Shown: positions 36,520 through 45,641 of the stretch, in pieces
Layout: every line of letters starts with the position of its first letter
Position numbering within the stretch: position 1 is the first letter of the stretch
IMG/VR virus record: IMGVR_UViG_3300028591_000093
Span: 16,765-80,764 of that record
Reading direction: 5' to 3' (one strand)
Source of the DNA: a virus
Lineage: Duplodnaviria; Heunggongvirae; Uroviricota; Caudoviricetes
DNA length: 64,000 nucleotides
Notes under the pieces: model-generated
Database searches by the model: none
What the model saw: only the letters and a program-made list of their open reading frames with translations
Told to the model about the DNA's origin: nothing
Position numbers and translations under genes: made by a program

Positions 36520-36968
36520 TAAATAATCAAATTGATAAACTTATCATGGAGGCTATGAAGTCTCATGAGAATGTAAGAAAAGAGGCTTTAAGAGCAATTA
36601 AAGCTGCTTTCTTATTATGGAGAACTCAGAAAGAAAATGTTAATAAACCATTTACTGATGAAGTAGAAATTCAAATCATCAAGAAAATGGTAAAACAAAG
36701 AGAGGATTCTATTGAGCAATTTAAACAGGCTAATAGAATGGATTTAGTTGAGGCAGAAGAAGCACAACTTAAAGTTCTTAAAGAGTTTTTACCAGTAGAA
36801 GCAACTAGGGAAGACATTTTGAAATGTTTCAATGATGTAATTGGACAAGATGGTTTTGAGCCTGTAAAGAAGAACATGGGTGTCATTATCAAAACAATAA
36901 AAGGTTCACTTCCTAATGCTGATGGCAAATTAGTTGCAGAAGTTGTACAAGAATTTTTAAACAAATGA
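36516..36968 (+). CDS. GatB/YqeY-domain protein
   Basis: 150 aa. NVRKEALRAIKAAFLL and overall size and pattern match YqeY. ATGA overlap with rtcB. Confidence 0.5.
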   Translation: MINNQIDKLIMEAMKSHENVRKEALRAIKAAFLLWRTQKENVNKPFTDEVEIQIIKKMVKQREDSIEQFKQANRMDLVEAEEAQLKVLKEFLPVEATREDILKCFNDVIGQDGFEPVKKNMGVIIKTIKGSLPNADGKLVAEVVQEFLNK

Positions 36969-37561
36969 AAAAGACATTATTTGTTTTTAATATTCAAAGT
37001 ATTTCTGATGTTATTACTAATAGTTCTAGTGAACTGTTTGTTTTTGACAATAAAAATACTGTTGCAGAAGTAATAGCAATTCTTGATAGTATTTATCCTA
37101 ATTGGTCAACTGAGTATAATGACCCAGTTCTCCTTAGAGATGCAGATGATGAAGAGGTTGAAACCTACTTTGATTATAGTATGGCTTATTCAGATATTGA
37201 GGATTATGGTACATACTATAGAGAAGAAGATGGAAACCCCATTGAGTATGCTAAAAAGAGAGCTAAGACTTATAAATCTGCAATAACTAAGTTCCTTAAA
37301 AAGAATTGGAATCTTGATGTAAAATTCTCTGATTTCTACAAAGATGCAGATGATTGTTATAAGAAGTTTTTACCACACCATATGGAACAATTCAGAGGTT
37401 CTCTTAATATGTGGTGGTATCCTCAAATAACTGATTCTGGACTTTCTATGTTAAGAGAAAAGAATGGTGACAGAATTCTTTTGTTCTCTAAGGATGAGAA
37501 TCCTAATTGGGATTATCAAGAAAAGTTAATGGAAGTAGCAGAAAGGTATCATTTAGGATGA
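36965..37561 (+). CDS. hypothetical protein, paralog of 37558-38001
   Basis: Shares the N-terminal block FNIQSISDVITNSSSELFVF with the next gene. Confidence 0.4.
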   Translation: MKKTLFVFNIQSISDVITNSSSELFVFDNKNTVAEVIAILDSIYPNWSTEYNDPVLLRDADDEEVETYFDYSMAYSDIEDYGTYYREEDGNPIEYAKKRAKTYKSAITKFLKKNWNLDVKFSDFYKDADDCYKKFLPHHMEQFRGSLNMWWYPQITDSGLSMLREKNGDRILLFSKDENPNWDYQEKLMEVAERYHLG

Positions 37562-38001
37562 TTACATTCATTATACCTATTCAAAGTATATCTGACATAA
37601 TAACCAATAGTTCATCTGAACTCTTTGTAGCATTTGCAAATCCTGAACAAGAATTTACTAGTACTATTGTTGCTAAGAAATTACAGGAAATTTGGGATAA
37701 TGATGATAAAAAGAGAGAGGAGCTTTGGAACCAATACTGTAGTAGAGGTAAAAATAACTGGGATAAATATGATGAAGCTTTATACAAGTTAGGACTTGAT
37801 GAGTCTTCAGGTGATGCAGCAGAATGTGAAGTCACTACACTTTCTTATAAAGATATTGCTCATGATGTTAAAAGACATTTCAGGGGTAATGTTGATAAGA
37901 AAAATGGTTTGTTCTTACAAATTAGAATTGACCATAATAGAAGACATTCAATTGATTGGATTAGAAATAATCTGTCTGTTGTATCTAGTTACAGTTGTTA
38001 A
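37558..38001 (+). CDS. hypothetical protein, paralog of 36965-37561
   Basis: Starts MITFIIPIQSISDIITNSSSELFVAF. ATGA overlap. Confidence 0.4.
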   Translation: MITFIIPIQSISDIITNSSSELFVAFANPEQEFTSTIVAKKLQEIWDNDDKKREELWNQYCSRGKNNWDKYDEALYKLGLDESSGDAAECEVTTLSYKDIAHDVKRHFRGNVDKKNGLFLQIRIDHNRRHSIDWIRNNLSVVSSYSC

Positions 38002-38894
38002 TTATGAAAGATTTTACTCACTTTGGTATTAAACAGAGGAATTTTTCAGAATATAACTATAATGCTATATGGCAAAATCTAAAAACAGTAAGATTAGGAC
38101 AAGGAGTAGCTCAAGAGTTACCACCTATCTGTTCTGAGTTTTATGATGTAAGTCTTGGTACTAAGTGTAATCTAGAATGTCCTTTCTGTTATACTAATGC
38201 ATTACATACAGGTGTATTCTATAAGGATGTATGTGAGAAAGCAAAAAAGTTCTTTGGAGAGATGGATGAAAATTCCAAACCTTTTCAAATAGCAATAGGG
38301 AGTGAAGGTGAGCCAACAATTCATCCTGAATTCATTCCTTTCTTACAAACTATATATAACTTAGGAATAGTACCTAACTACACTACCAATGGTATAACTC
38401 TAGCTTCTGAAGACAATAAAGAATTGTTGGAAGCAACAGAGAAGTACTGTGGTGGTGTAGCTGTAAGTGCAAACACTTGGAATGAAAATATCAATAAGAC
38501 TTGGAAGAAAGCTGTTGATAATTTAAAAGGTATAGACATTAACATTAACATTCATTACATAATTTCAGATAAAGCTTCTGTTGACAAATTTGTCAGTGAA
38601 GTATATCCATATGTAAATGATATATTGTATTTTGTTCTATTACCACTTATGCCTTCTGGTAGAAGTGTTTGCAAATATACACAAGAAGAATTTGAGTATT
38701 TGTTAAGTAAAAATTTAAATTGGTCTAAAATAGCTTTTGGAGCACATTTCTATGACTTACTTAAACAACAAAATAAAATCAAATGCTGGTTGTATCCTCC
38801 TGAGAGTTTCTCAAAGAATTTAATTTTGGGAAATCCTATAAAAATAACAAAAAGTTCTTTTCACAAAGAGCCAATCTGGCAAAAAGATGTATGA
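37995..38894 (+). CDS. radical SAM enzyme (299 aa)
   Basis: CNLECPFC gives the Cx3Cx2C cluster motif. GSEGEPTIHPEF...TTNGITL is the SAM-binding glycine-rich motif. Confidence 0.55.
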   Translation: MLIMKDFTHFGIKQRNFSEYNYNAIWQNLKTVRLGQGVAQELPPICSEFYDVSLGTKCNLECPFCYTNALHTGVFYKDVCEKAKKFFGEMDENSKPFQIAIGSEGEPTIHPEFIPFLQTIYNLGIVPNYTTNGITLASEDNKELLEATEKYCGGVAVSANTWNENINKTWKKAVDNLKGIDININIHYIISDKASVDKFVSEVYPYVNDILYFVLLPLMPSGRSVCKYTQEEFEYLLSKNLNWSKIAFGAHFYDLLKQQNKIKCWLYPPESFSKNLILGNPIKITKSSFHKEPIWQKDV

Positions 38895-39487
38895 GAAGTG
38901 GTGTTTTCTGTTTAGACACTTATATGGAACCCTTTGAGCGGGGTCAGTGGAAAGACTACAGAGAACCTCAAGGAGTTCTTGTAATGAAGGATGATTATGG
39001 TATTATATTACCACCTGCTCCTCCATTTAGAGCTGCTTGGGGAGTTCCTGGAAGTAATGAAAGACTCATTACTGATGTGGAAACTATCAGTGGTCTTGGA
39101 GCTACTTTAAGAATGCATGAAGTTCTAAAAGATAAAGAATATACTGTTCAAGGAGAACCTTTCTCTTATTTTAAAGGTTCACCTGCTGCACAAGGAGCAC
39201 TTAACTTAAGTTATGGTTCTATTGGTAAAGGTAGATGGTATGTTCCTAGTAAGATAGAACTTAACATGGTATTCTTTAACAATTGGTTAGAGGAAATAAA
39301 TAAATGCTATCTAGTAATGGGTATTCCAGTAATCAGATATGGTTATTATTGGAGTAGTATTGCTAGAGAAGGATACCAGTCTAATGCCTGGTATGTGTAC
39401 CAGAGTTACGCTGACTATGCTCTCTGGGACAATGGTAGCAAGCGTTACCAGGATGGTGTGCTGGCCTGTGCTTCTTTTATCCTTTAA
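38891..39487 (+). CDS. hypothetical protein (198 aa)
   Basis: ORF track. ATGA overlap with the radical SAM gene. Confidence 0.4.
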   Translation: MRSGVFCLDTYMEPFERGQWKDYREPQGVLVMKDDYGIILPPAPPFRAAWGVPGSNERLITDVETISGLGATLRMHEVLKDKEYTVQGEPFSYFKGSPAAQGALNLSYGSIGKGRWYVPSKIELNMVFFNNWLEEINKCYLVMGIPVIRYGYYWSSIAREGYQSNAWYVYQSYADYALWDNGSKRYQDGVLACASFIL

Positions 39488-39551
39488 TCTTGTTACCGAC
39501 CCACTCACTTTAATGAGTGGGTAAATAAATATAAACTAACAATATAGACTT

Positions 39552-40397
39552 ATGAAATATAGGTTTTTAGCTAAAGAAACAACTGAAGCTCTTATAAAGT
39601 ATTTACAATCTTGGTTTGAACAAAATGGACCAGGATGTAATGCTGTAATAGGTATATCAGGAGGTAAAGACTCTACTATTGCAGCAGCACTCTGTGTAAA
39701 AGCTTTAGGTGCTGAAAGAGTCATAGGTGTATTGTTGCCAAATGGTGTTCAACATGATTTCAATATAGCACAGAAAGTGTGTGAAACTCTTGGAATCAAG
39801 AACCTGTCTATTCCTATTGGGACTATCTTTGAAGAATTCCAGGATAGATATAAGATGGCAAATGTACACAATACTCTTAATGAAGTAACTGAGCAAGCAA
39901 GAATTAACTTAGCTCCTAGAATTAGGATGACTATGTTAAGATATGTAGCACAAGCAAATAATGGCAGATTGATTAACACTTCTAACTTATCTGAAGACTG
40001 GGTTGGTTATGCAACTGTTGATGGAGATAGTGCAGGAGATGTATCACCATTATGTATGCTTACTGTACAAGAAGTAAAAGCTATTGGACATGAACTTGGA
40101 CTTCCTGCTGAACTTGTTGAGAAAGTTCCTGAAGATGGACTTGTTGGTACATCTGATGAACAAACACTTGGAATCACTTACAAAGATATAGACACCTATA
40201 TCAGAGAAGGTGAAGGAAGTGCTGAAGTAATTGAAAAGATTAACAAAAAGTTTGAAGCAAACAAGTTCAAGATTTATAGAATGGCAAGTATGCCTTGCTT
40301 CTGGCCTGAAATTGAAATGTTGTTTGACTTAACTGAAAAGCCTACCAATGTAGAGATAATGTCTCTAGGTATGGCTAAAGACCCAAGATTCCAATGA
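39552..40397 (+). CDS. nadE: NH3-dependent NAD+ synthetase
   Basis: 281 aa. VIGISGGKDSTIAAAL gives the PP-loop SGGxDS. Overall NadE pattern. Confidence 0.7.
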   Translation: MKYRFLAKETTEALIKYLQSWFEQNGPGCNAVIGISGGKDSTIAAALCVKALGAERVIGVLLPNGVQHDFNIAQKVCETLGIKNLSIPIGTIFEEFQDRYKMANVHNTLNEVTEQARINLAPRIRMTMLRYVAQANNGRLINTSNLSEDWVGYATVDGDSAGDVSPLCMLTVQEVKAIGHELGLPAELVEKVPEDGLVGTSDEQTLGITYKDIDTYIREGEGSAEVIEKINKKFEANKFKIYRMASMPCFWPEIEMLFDLTEKPTNVEIMSLGMAKDPRFQ

Positions 40398-40945
40398 GAA
40401 AGGTTCTTATTTTGATTGATTGTCAAAATGATTTCTGTGCACAAGGTGGTGTTTTGGCAAATAAAGAGTCTATTGCAATTGCAAAAGACATTGCTAAAAC
40501 ATTACCTGAGCTTATTTCTGAAAAAGGTTTTGACTATATTCTTGCTACAAGAGATACTCATTATAGGCAATCTTATGATGTCACAGTAGAAGGTAAACAT
40601 TTACCTGTTTTACATTGTATATGTGAAACTGCTGGTTGGTGTCTAAGAGATGATATTATGGAAGCTCTTGACAATTGTCAAGTTCCTAAAAAGTTTATAA
40701 ACAAACATACATTTGGTTATAACAATTGGGAACAAATAATTGGTTCAGATAAGTCAGAAATAAGAGAGTTCTATTTAGTAGGATTCTGTACTGATATTTG
40801 TGTTGTTACCAATGCTCTTGTTCTCAAGACATTATACCCTAATTCAGAAGTGTATGTCTATGAAGGACTGACAGCAGGTGTAACTCCTGAAAAGAAAGAG
40901 GCAGCTATTGAGACAATGAGAAGCTGCCACATAAACATTATTTGA
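40394..40945 (+). CDS. pncA: nicotinamidase/pyrazinamidase (isochorismatase fold)
   Basis: LILIDCQNDF (Asp), GFCTDICV (catalytic Cys), 183 aa. ATGA overlap with nadE. Confidence 0.65.
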   Translation: MRKVLILIDCQNDFCAQGGVLANKESIAIAKDIAKTLPELISEKGFDYILATRDTHYRQSYDVTVEGKHLPVLHCICETAGWCLRDDIMEALDNCQVPKKFINKHTFGYNNWEQIIGSDKSEIREFYLVGFCTDICVVTNALVLKTLYPNSEVYVYEGLTAGVTPEKKEAAIETMRSCHINII

Positions 40946-41020
40946 TATGGACAATATTGTTGAGATGGCAAGTTTTATTGCAGGTGTAACAGTTGGTTTC
41001 GCTTCAATGTTTCTTTTCTT

Positions 41021-41230
41021 ATGAGTGAAAATGCTAAAACAAATATAACTATAAGTTTCAATCTTCCACTTATTTTAACAATTGCTTTCTTTATTGCTAA
41101 GGTGACAGAGAAAATTGATTGGAATTGGTGGTGGGTATTTAGTCCTTTGTGGATTACTGGAACTTTAGTTGTTTTAATGTTTATAATCTACATAATTATT
41201 CAATGCTTTTCGTCAACAAAATACCTGTAA
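41021..41230 (+). CDS. small membrane protein (69 aa)
   Basis: ORF track. Two TM helices. Confidence 0.35.
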   Translation: MSENAKTNITISFNLPLILTIAFFIAKVTEKIDWNWWWVFSPLWITGTLVVLMFIIYIIIQCFSSTKYL

Positions 41231-42033
41231 AGGTAGAACATTTCCAGGATGGTACTCAAAAGATAAATATGCCAGATTTTGGTGTAAATGCTTTTCATAT
41301 AGTATGGAAGTATCATTGTGATGAAGAATTAGTCACATTGATATTTGTTTGTGGTTATCTCAGAGATAATTATCAAGACTGTACTATATCTCTGGAAATG
41401 TTGTATGTTCCTAATGCTAGAATGGACAGAGTAGAAGAAAGAGGAGATGTCTTTACCCTTAAGTATTTCTGCAATGTTATTAACAGTTTACAGTTTGAAA
41501 GTGTAACAGTTTTTGATACTCATTCAAAAGTAACTGATGCTCTAGTTGATAGGATGTGTAAAATACCAACTGATGTATCATTGAAAGAAGCCCTTGATGT
41601 TATACATAGTGGGATGTTTGATGATAAATTCAGTAAGGTTACAATTGTATTTCCTGATAGAGGTGCTTATGATAGATACAGTTCTCTTGAAATCTTAAAG
41701 CCTTTTAGAAAGGTAATAGGAAACAAATCAAGAGACTGGAAAACTGGCACTTTGCAAGACCAGGAGCTATATGGAGTAGATACATTGGAGACAGGTATTC
41801 CTGTTCTGATTATTGATGACATATTATCCTCAGGTGGTACCATCTGTAAGACTATTGCAAATATCAGGGAAAAAGTGAATTGTCCAATTTATGTATATGC
41901 TTCCCACTGTGAGAATAAACTTATAGAAGATAATACAGAGAATTGGCAATACATTCTAAGTAATGTAACAAAATTGTTTACAACAAATGGGATATATTCT
42001 CATGAAATTGAAAAGGTTGTGATATTATGGTAG
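41203..42033 (+). CDS. prs: ribose-phosphate pyrophosphokinase (PRPP synthetase)
   Basis: FQDGTQKINM, YVPNARMDRVEERG (compare Prs YARQDRK), VFDTHS (compare DLHA) and PRPP-binding VLIIDDILSSGGTICK. Start taken at the internal ATG 41203. Confidence 0.6.
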   Translation: MLFVNKIPVKVEHFQDGTQKINMPDFGVNAFHIVWKYHCDEELVTLIFVCGYLRDNYQDCTISLEMLYVPNARMDRVEERGDVFTLKYFCNVINSLQFESVTVFDTHSKVTDALVDRMCKIPTDVSLKEALDVIHSGMFDDKFSKVTIVFPDRGAYDRYSSLEILKPFRKVIGNKSRDWKTGTLQDQELYGVDTLETGIPVLIIDDILSSGGTICKTIANIREKVNCPIYVYASHCENKLIEDNTENWQYILSNVTKLFTTNGIYSHEIEKVVILW

Positions 42034-43208
42034 CAATAAACCCTGCAAGTATGTTGGATAATGACCTCTATAAGTTTAGCATGAGCTATGCTTATATGAA
42101 GTTATTTCCTGAAGCAGAGGGTACATTTGTTTTCTGTGATAGAGGTAAAACAGAGTATACTGCTAAATTTGTAACCGCTTTGCAACAAGAGTTACATAGA
42201 CTGGCAGAAAGAATGTTGTCTAATGCAGAGAGACAATGGTGTGTACAAAACATACCATACATTCCTGAGTGGTATTGGGAATGGTTAGAGTCTTTCTATT
42301 TTAATCCAAACTTAATTAAACTTTCCCTTGAGAAAGATGGTGAGTTGAAGATTGAAGTTACAGATAAACTTTATAAAGTTACTCTGTATGAGGTACCTAT
42401 TCTCTATACAGTTGCAGAAACATACTATAAAATCTATGGTAAATCTCTAACTGTTGACCAGTATCAAGAGATATGTAGAAAAACTGAAGAGAAATGTAAG
42501 ATTGCTGAAGAAGCAGGATTTAAATTCTCTGAGTTTGGTACCAGAAGAAGATATAGTTATGAAGTACAAGATACAGTTGTAGCTGTTTGTAAGAACTCTA
42601 CATCCTGCGTCGGTACTTCAAATGTACATCTTGCAATGAAATATGACATGAAACCTATTGGAACTGTAGCACATGAATGGGTAATGTTTCATGGTGCTAT
42701 GTATGGTTACAATGAGGCTAACTACATGGCATATAAAAACTGGGTAAAGGTTTATGATGGCAATCTTGGTATTGCTTTAACTGATACCTATACTTCTAAA
42801 GTCTTTTTCAAGAATTTTTCTTTACAACATGCAAAATTGTTTGATGGTATAAGACAAGATTCTGGAGATGAGAAAGACTTTGTTGAGAGAGCACTAGTTA
42901 GATATGATGAGTTAGGTATCAACCCACTCACAAAAACTATAGTGTTCTCTAATGCTTTGGATTTTCCAAAAGCTGCTCAAATTGCTGAATACTGTAAAGG
43001 AAAGATAAAAGCTTCCTTTGGTATAGGCACTAATCTTACCAATGATATTGAAGGTGTACAGCCTAGAAATATTGTCATGAAGTTAATGCATTGCAGAATG
43101 AACCCAAGACAAGAATGGGTAAATTGTGTAAAGATTTCTGATGACATTGGTAAAGTAATGGGAGCAGATGAGGAAGTAAAAACTGCTATTTATAAATTAG
43201 GTCTATGA
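42027..43208 (+). CDS. pncB: nicotinate phosphoribosyltransferase
   Basis: 393 aa. N-terminal LDNDLYKFSM and EFGTRRR signature of PncB. Confidence 0.65.
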   Translation: MVAINPASMLDNDLYKFSMSYAYMKLFPEAEGTFVFCDRGKTEYTAKFVTALQQELHRLAERMLSNAERQWCVQNIPYIPEWYWEWLESFYFNPNLIKLSLEKDGELKIEVTDKLYKVTLYEVPILYTVAETYYKIYGKSLTVDQYQEICRKTEEKCKIAEEAGFKFSEFGTRRRYSYEVQDTVVAVCKNSTSCVGTSNVHLAMKYDMKPIGTVAHEWVMFHGAMYGYNEANYMAYKNWVKVYDGNLGIALTDTYTSKVFFKNFSLQHAKLFDGIRQDSGDEKDFVERALVRYDELGINPLTKTIVFSNALDFPKAAQIAEYCKGKIKASFGIGTNLTNDIEGVQPRNIVMKLMHCRMNPRQEWVNCVKISDDIGKVMGADEEVKTAIYKLGL

Positions 43209-43681
43209 GAAATTTTCCAGTAGAACATGAAGGAAAAACCTACTGGATAAGTAGGTCTGTAGCAGTTGCAGGTTTCATCTTCACCAAAGATAGTCAAGGA
43301 AATTGGTTAGTTCTTGCAAATAAGAGAGGACCAGGTTGTCCTGATAATGTTGGTAAATGGGTTTGTCCTTGTGGATACCTAGATTATGATGAAACCCTCA
43401 AAACAGCTATTATAAGAGAAGTTTATGAGGAAACAGGAGTTCTTGTACCTGCTGATAAACTTCAATTTGCAGGTATAGATGATGTACCTGAAGGTAGACA
43501 AAACTTAACAGTAAAATTTACTGCATATCTTGGTTCTGATTCACCTGCTGTGAAGATGTTATCTAAAGAGCATTGTGAACCAGATGAGGTAGATGAAGTT
43601 ATGTGGATACCAGTAGCTAAAGCAGGTGAGTATGATTGGGCTTTTGGACATTATGAACTAATTAGGAGTTTTGTACCATGA
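43205..43681 (+). CDS. Nudix hydrolase (ADP-ribose/NADH pyrophosphatase-like)
   Basis: Nudix box GYLDYDETLKTAIIREVYEETGV. ATGA overlap. Confidence 0.65.
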   Translation: MRNFPVEHEGKTYWISRSVAVAGFIFTKDSQGNWLVLANKRGPGCPDNVGKWVCPCGYLDYDETLKTAIIREVYEETGVLVPADKLQFAGIDDVPEGRQNLTVKFTAYLGSDSPAVKMLSKEHCEPDEVDEVMWIPVAKAGEYDWAFGHYELIRSFVP

Positions 43682-44265
43682 ACCCAAAAGTAGCTCATCT
43701 ATTTCTTACAGACAAGTGCACTAATCAGTGTCCTATGTGCTGTAACAACAACTACACTGTAGACAGTATTCCTTTTATAACAAAAGAGGAGTTGTCTACA
43801 GTGGAAACTGTTTGTTTAACAGGTGGTGAACCTTTTCTTCTAGATAATCTTTATGGGATTGTAAATGTAATAAGTTCTTTTGCTAAGAATATCTATGTTT
43901 ATACTTCAGGTTATGAGTTACTCTATTACTTGAAAAAACATACCTTACCTTGTATAACTGGAATTTCCATTTGTCCAAAAGGTAAAAAAGATTGGGATGC
44001 ATTACAAGAACTTATACACAATACAAGAGCTAGATTGAGGATTTCAGAATGTAGTAATAGACTATATGTTCTTTTAAAACAAGAAGATAGAGCTAACTAT
44101 GTTACTGAAACTGATATTAGTTTGAGGGCAATTGAACATTTTGCTGAAGAGTTAAATGCTAAGATATTGTTCAGAACTTGGCTTCCTGAAATTACATCTC
44201 CAGATGGAGAGATATTTAGAAGAGTTAATTTAGAGGATTTAAAACAATGGAAATCAGAACTATAA
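43678..44265 (+). CDS. small radical SAM protein (QueE/NrdG-size)
   Basis: CTNQCPMC Cx3Cx2C motif and LTGGEPFL SAM motif. 195 aa. ATGA overlap. Confidence 0.5.
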   Translation: MNPKVAHLFLTDKCTNQCPMCCNNNYTVDSIPFITKEELSTVETVCLTGGEPFLLDNLYGIVNVISSFAKNIYVYTSGYELLYYLKKHTLPCITGISICPKGKKDWDALQELIHNTRARLRISECSNRLYVLLKQEDRANYVTETDISLRAIEHFAEELNAKILFRTWLPEITSPDGEIFRRVNLEDLKQWKSEL

Positions 44266-44879
44266 GAGGAAGAGCTGTCTTATATGGAGGTTCTTTCAAT
44301 CCTATACATAATGGACATATAGAAGCAATACAAATGCTCTTAGATAGAAGAGATACCAATGGTATGTACTATTATAATAAGGTAATTGTAGCTCCAAGCT
44401 TTGCAAGTCCTTTTAAGGAGTTTAATGTGTGTTTTGCAGACAGATTTGAAATGGCTGCAACTTCTATAAAAAGAGTAATAGGAGATGAAAGAGTAGAAGT
44501 CATCTTTGATAGTAATGCATCGCCATTATTTCAATATACTTACTATTTCCTAAAGCATCTATCTCTTAAGTATTCTGATTATTCCATTGATTTAGCTATA
44601 GGTGCAGATTGTCTTGCACAAATAACTAAATGGGCATGTTTTAAAGACATACTTTATCAGTTTGATATTGTAGTAATACCTAGAGAAGGAGTTGAAATGA
44701 AAGTTCCTGAGGGATTAACTCTAGCTAGAAGTATTACTAAAATGTCAGAAATTCCTTCTAATATAAGTTCAACCTATATCAGACAATGTATTGATGAGTG
44801 TAATCCAGAATGGAAAACACTTGTTCCTAAATATGTTGCTGATTATATTCAAAAACATCATCTATATGACTGTAGTTAA
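44247..44879 (+). CDS. nadD: nicotinate-nucleotide adenylyltransferase
   Basis: YGGSFNPIHNGH (HxGH nucleotidyltransferase motif) and C-terminal ISSTYIR (NadD ISSTxIR motif). 210 aa. Confidence 0.7.
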   Translation: MEIRTIRGRAVLYGGSFNPIHNGHIEAIQMLLDRRDTNGMYYYNKVIVAPSFASPFKEFNVCFADRFEMAATSIKRVIGDERVEVIFDSNASPLFQYTYYFLKHLSLKYSDYSIDLAIGADCLAQITKWACFKDILYQFDIVVIPREGVEMKVPEGLTLARSITKMSEIPSNISSTYIRQCIDECNPEWKTLVPKYVADYIQKHHLYDCS

Positions 44880-45372
44880 TCGGACAGGAAATCTATTAGA
44901 TTCAGAAGCACAGATAATCATGCACCAAGTAAATGATGCTGGTGTAATGGGGAGTGGAGTTGCTGCTGCTATTGCACACAAGTGGCCTTATGTACAAGAA
45001 CAATACACTGTTCTTATGCAACAAGGTGGCCTTAAACTAGGTGTTGTACAGGTTGTTGAGCATGAACAATGTGTAGAAGGACAGGAAGAACCAAACTATC
45101 CTTACATTGCAAATTTGTGTGCTCAAGACTTATACCAAAAAGAGCATTCTTTCTTGAGTATAGGATGTCCTACAAGTTATGATGCTTTGTGGATGTGCCT
45201 AGTTAAATTGGCAAAAATCTGTGAAGAAAACAAAATAAGAACAATTGCAATGCCTTATCTCATGAGTTCTTGTAGAGGTGGTGCTAACTGGAATGTAGTA
45301 CATTCTATGGTTCTAGCAGCATTTGAAAACCTTGATATTACTATTGAGATTTGGCAGTTGCCAAAAGAATAG
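44866..45372 (+). CDS. macro-domain protein (ADP-ribose binding or hydrolysing)
   Basis: IMHQVNDAGVMGSGVAAAIAHKWP resembles the macro-domain NAANxxLxGGGGVxGAI motif. Start at the internal ATG 44866 just before the nadD stop. Confidence 0.55.
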   Translation: MTVVNRTGNLLDSEAQIIMHQVNDAGVMGSGVAAAIAHKWPYVQEQYTVLMQQGGLKLGVVQVVEHEQCVEGQEEPNYPYIANLCAQDLYQKEHSFLSIGCPTSYDALWMCLVKLAKICEENKIRTIAMPYLMSSCRGGANWNVVHSMVLAAFENLDITIEIWQLPKE

Positions 45373-45641
45373 CAATGATAACAATAAAGGTAGTATTTGT
45401 TCAGCAACCAGTACCTGAACAACAAGCTTCACGGCTAAGGCAGTATACTTTTGCAGCTGAAACTGAAGAAGGTATGGAACTACATGTAGGAGATTGCATA
45501 CAATCTCCAAGATATGATTCCCTACTTCAAGTTTGTGAAATAATCAATGAGCAGTATCTGTTCTATAGCCCTATAACAGGAGCTTTGAGCAGAGAAGCTG
45601 GACCAGGTTATTTGCCTTTAAAGTTGCTAAAAGTTCATTGA
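45351..45641 (+). CDS. hypothetical protein (96 aa)
   Basis: ORF track. Confidence 0.35.
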   Translation: MAVAKRIAMITIKVVFVQQPVPEQQASRLRQYTFAAETEEGMELHVGDCIQSPRYDSLLQVCEIINEQYLFYSPITGALSREAGPGYLPLKLLKVH

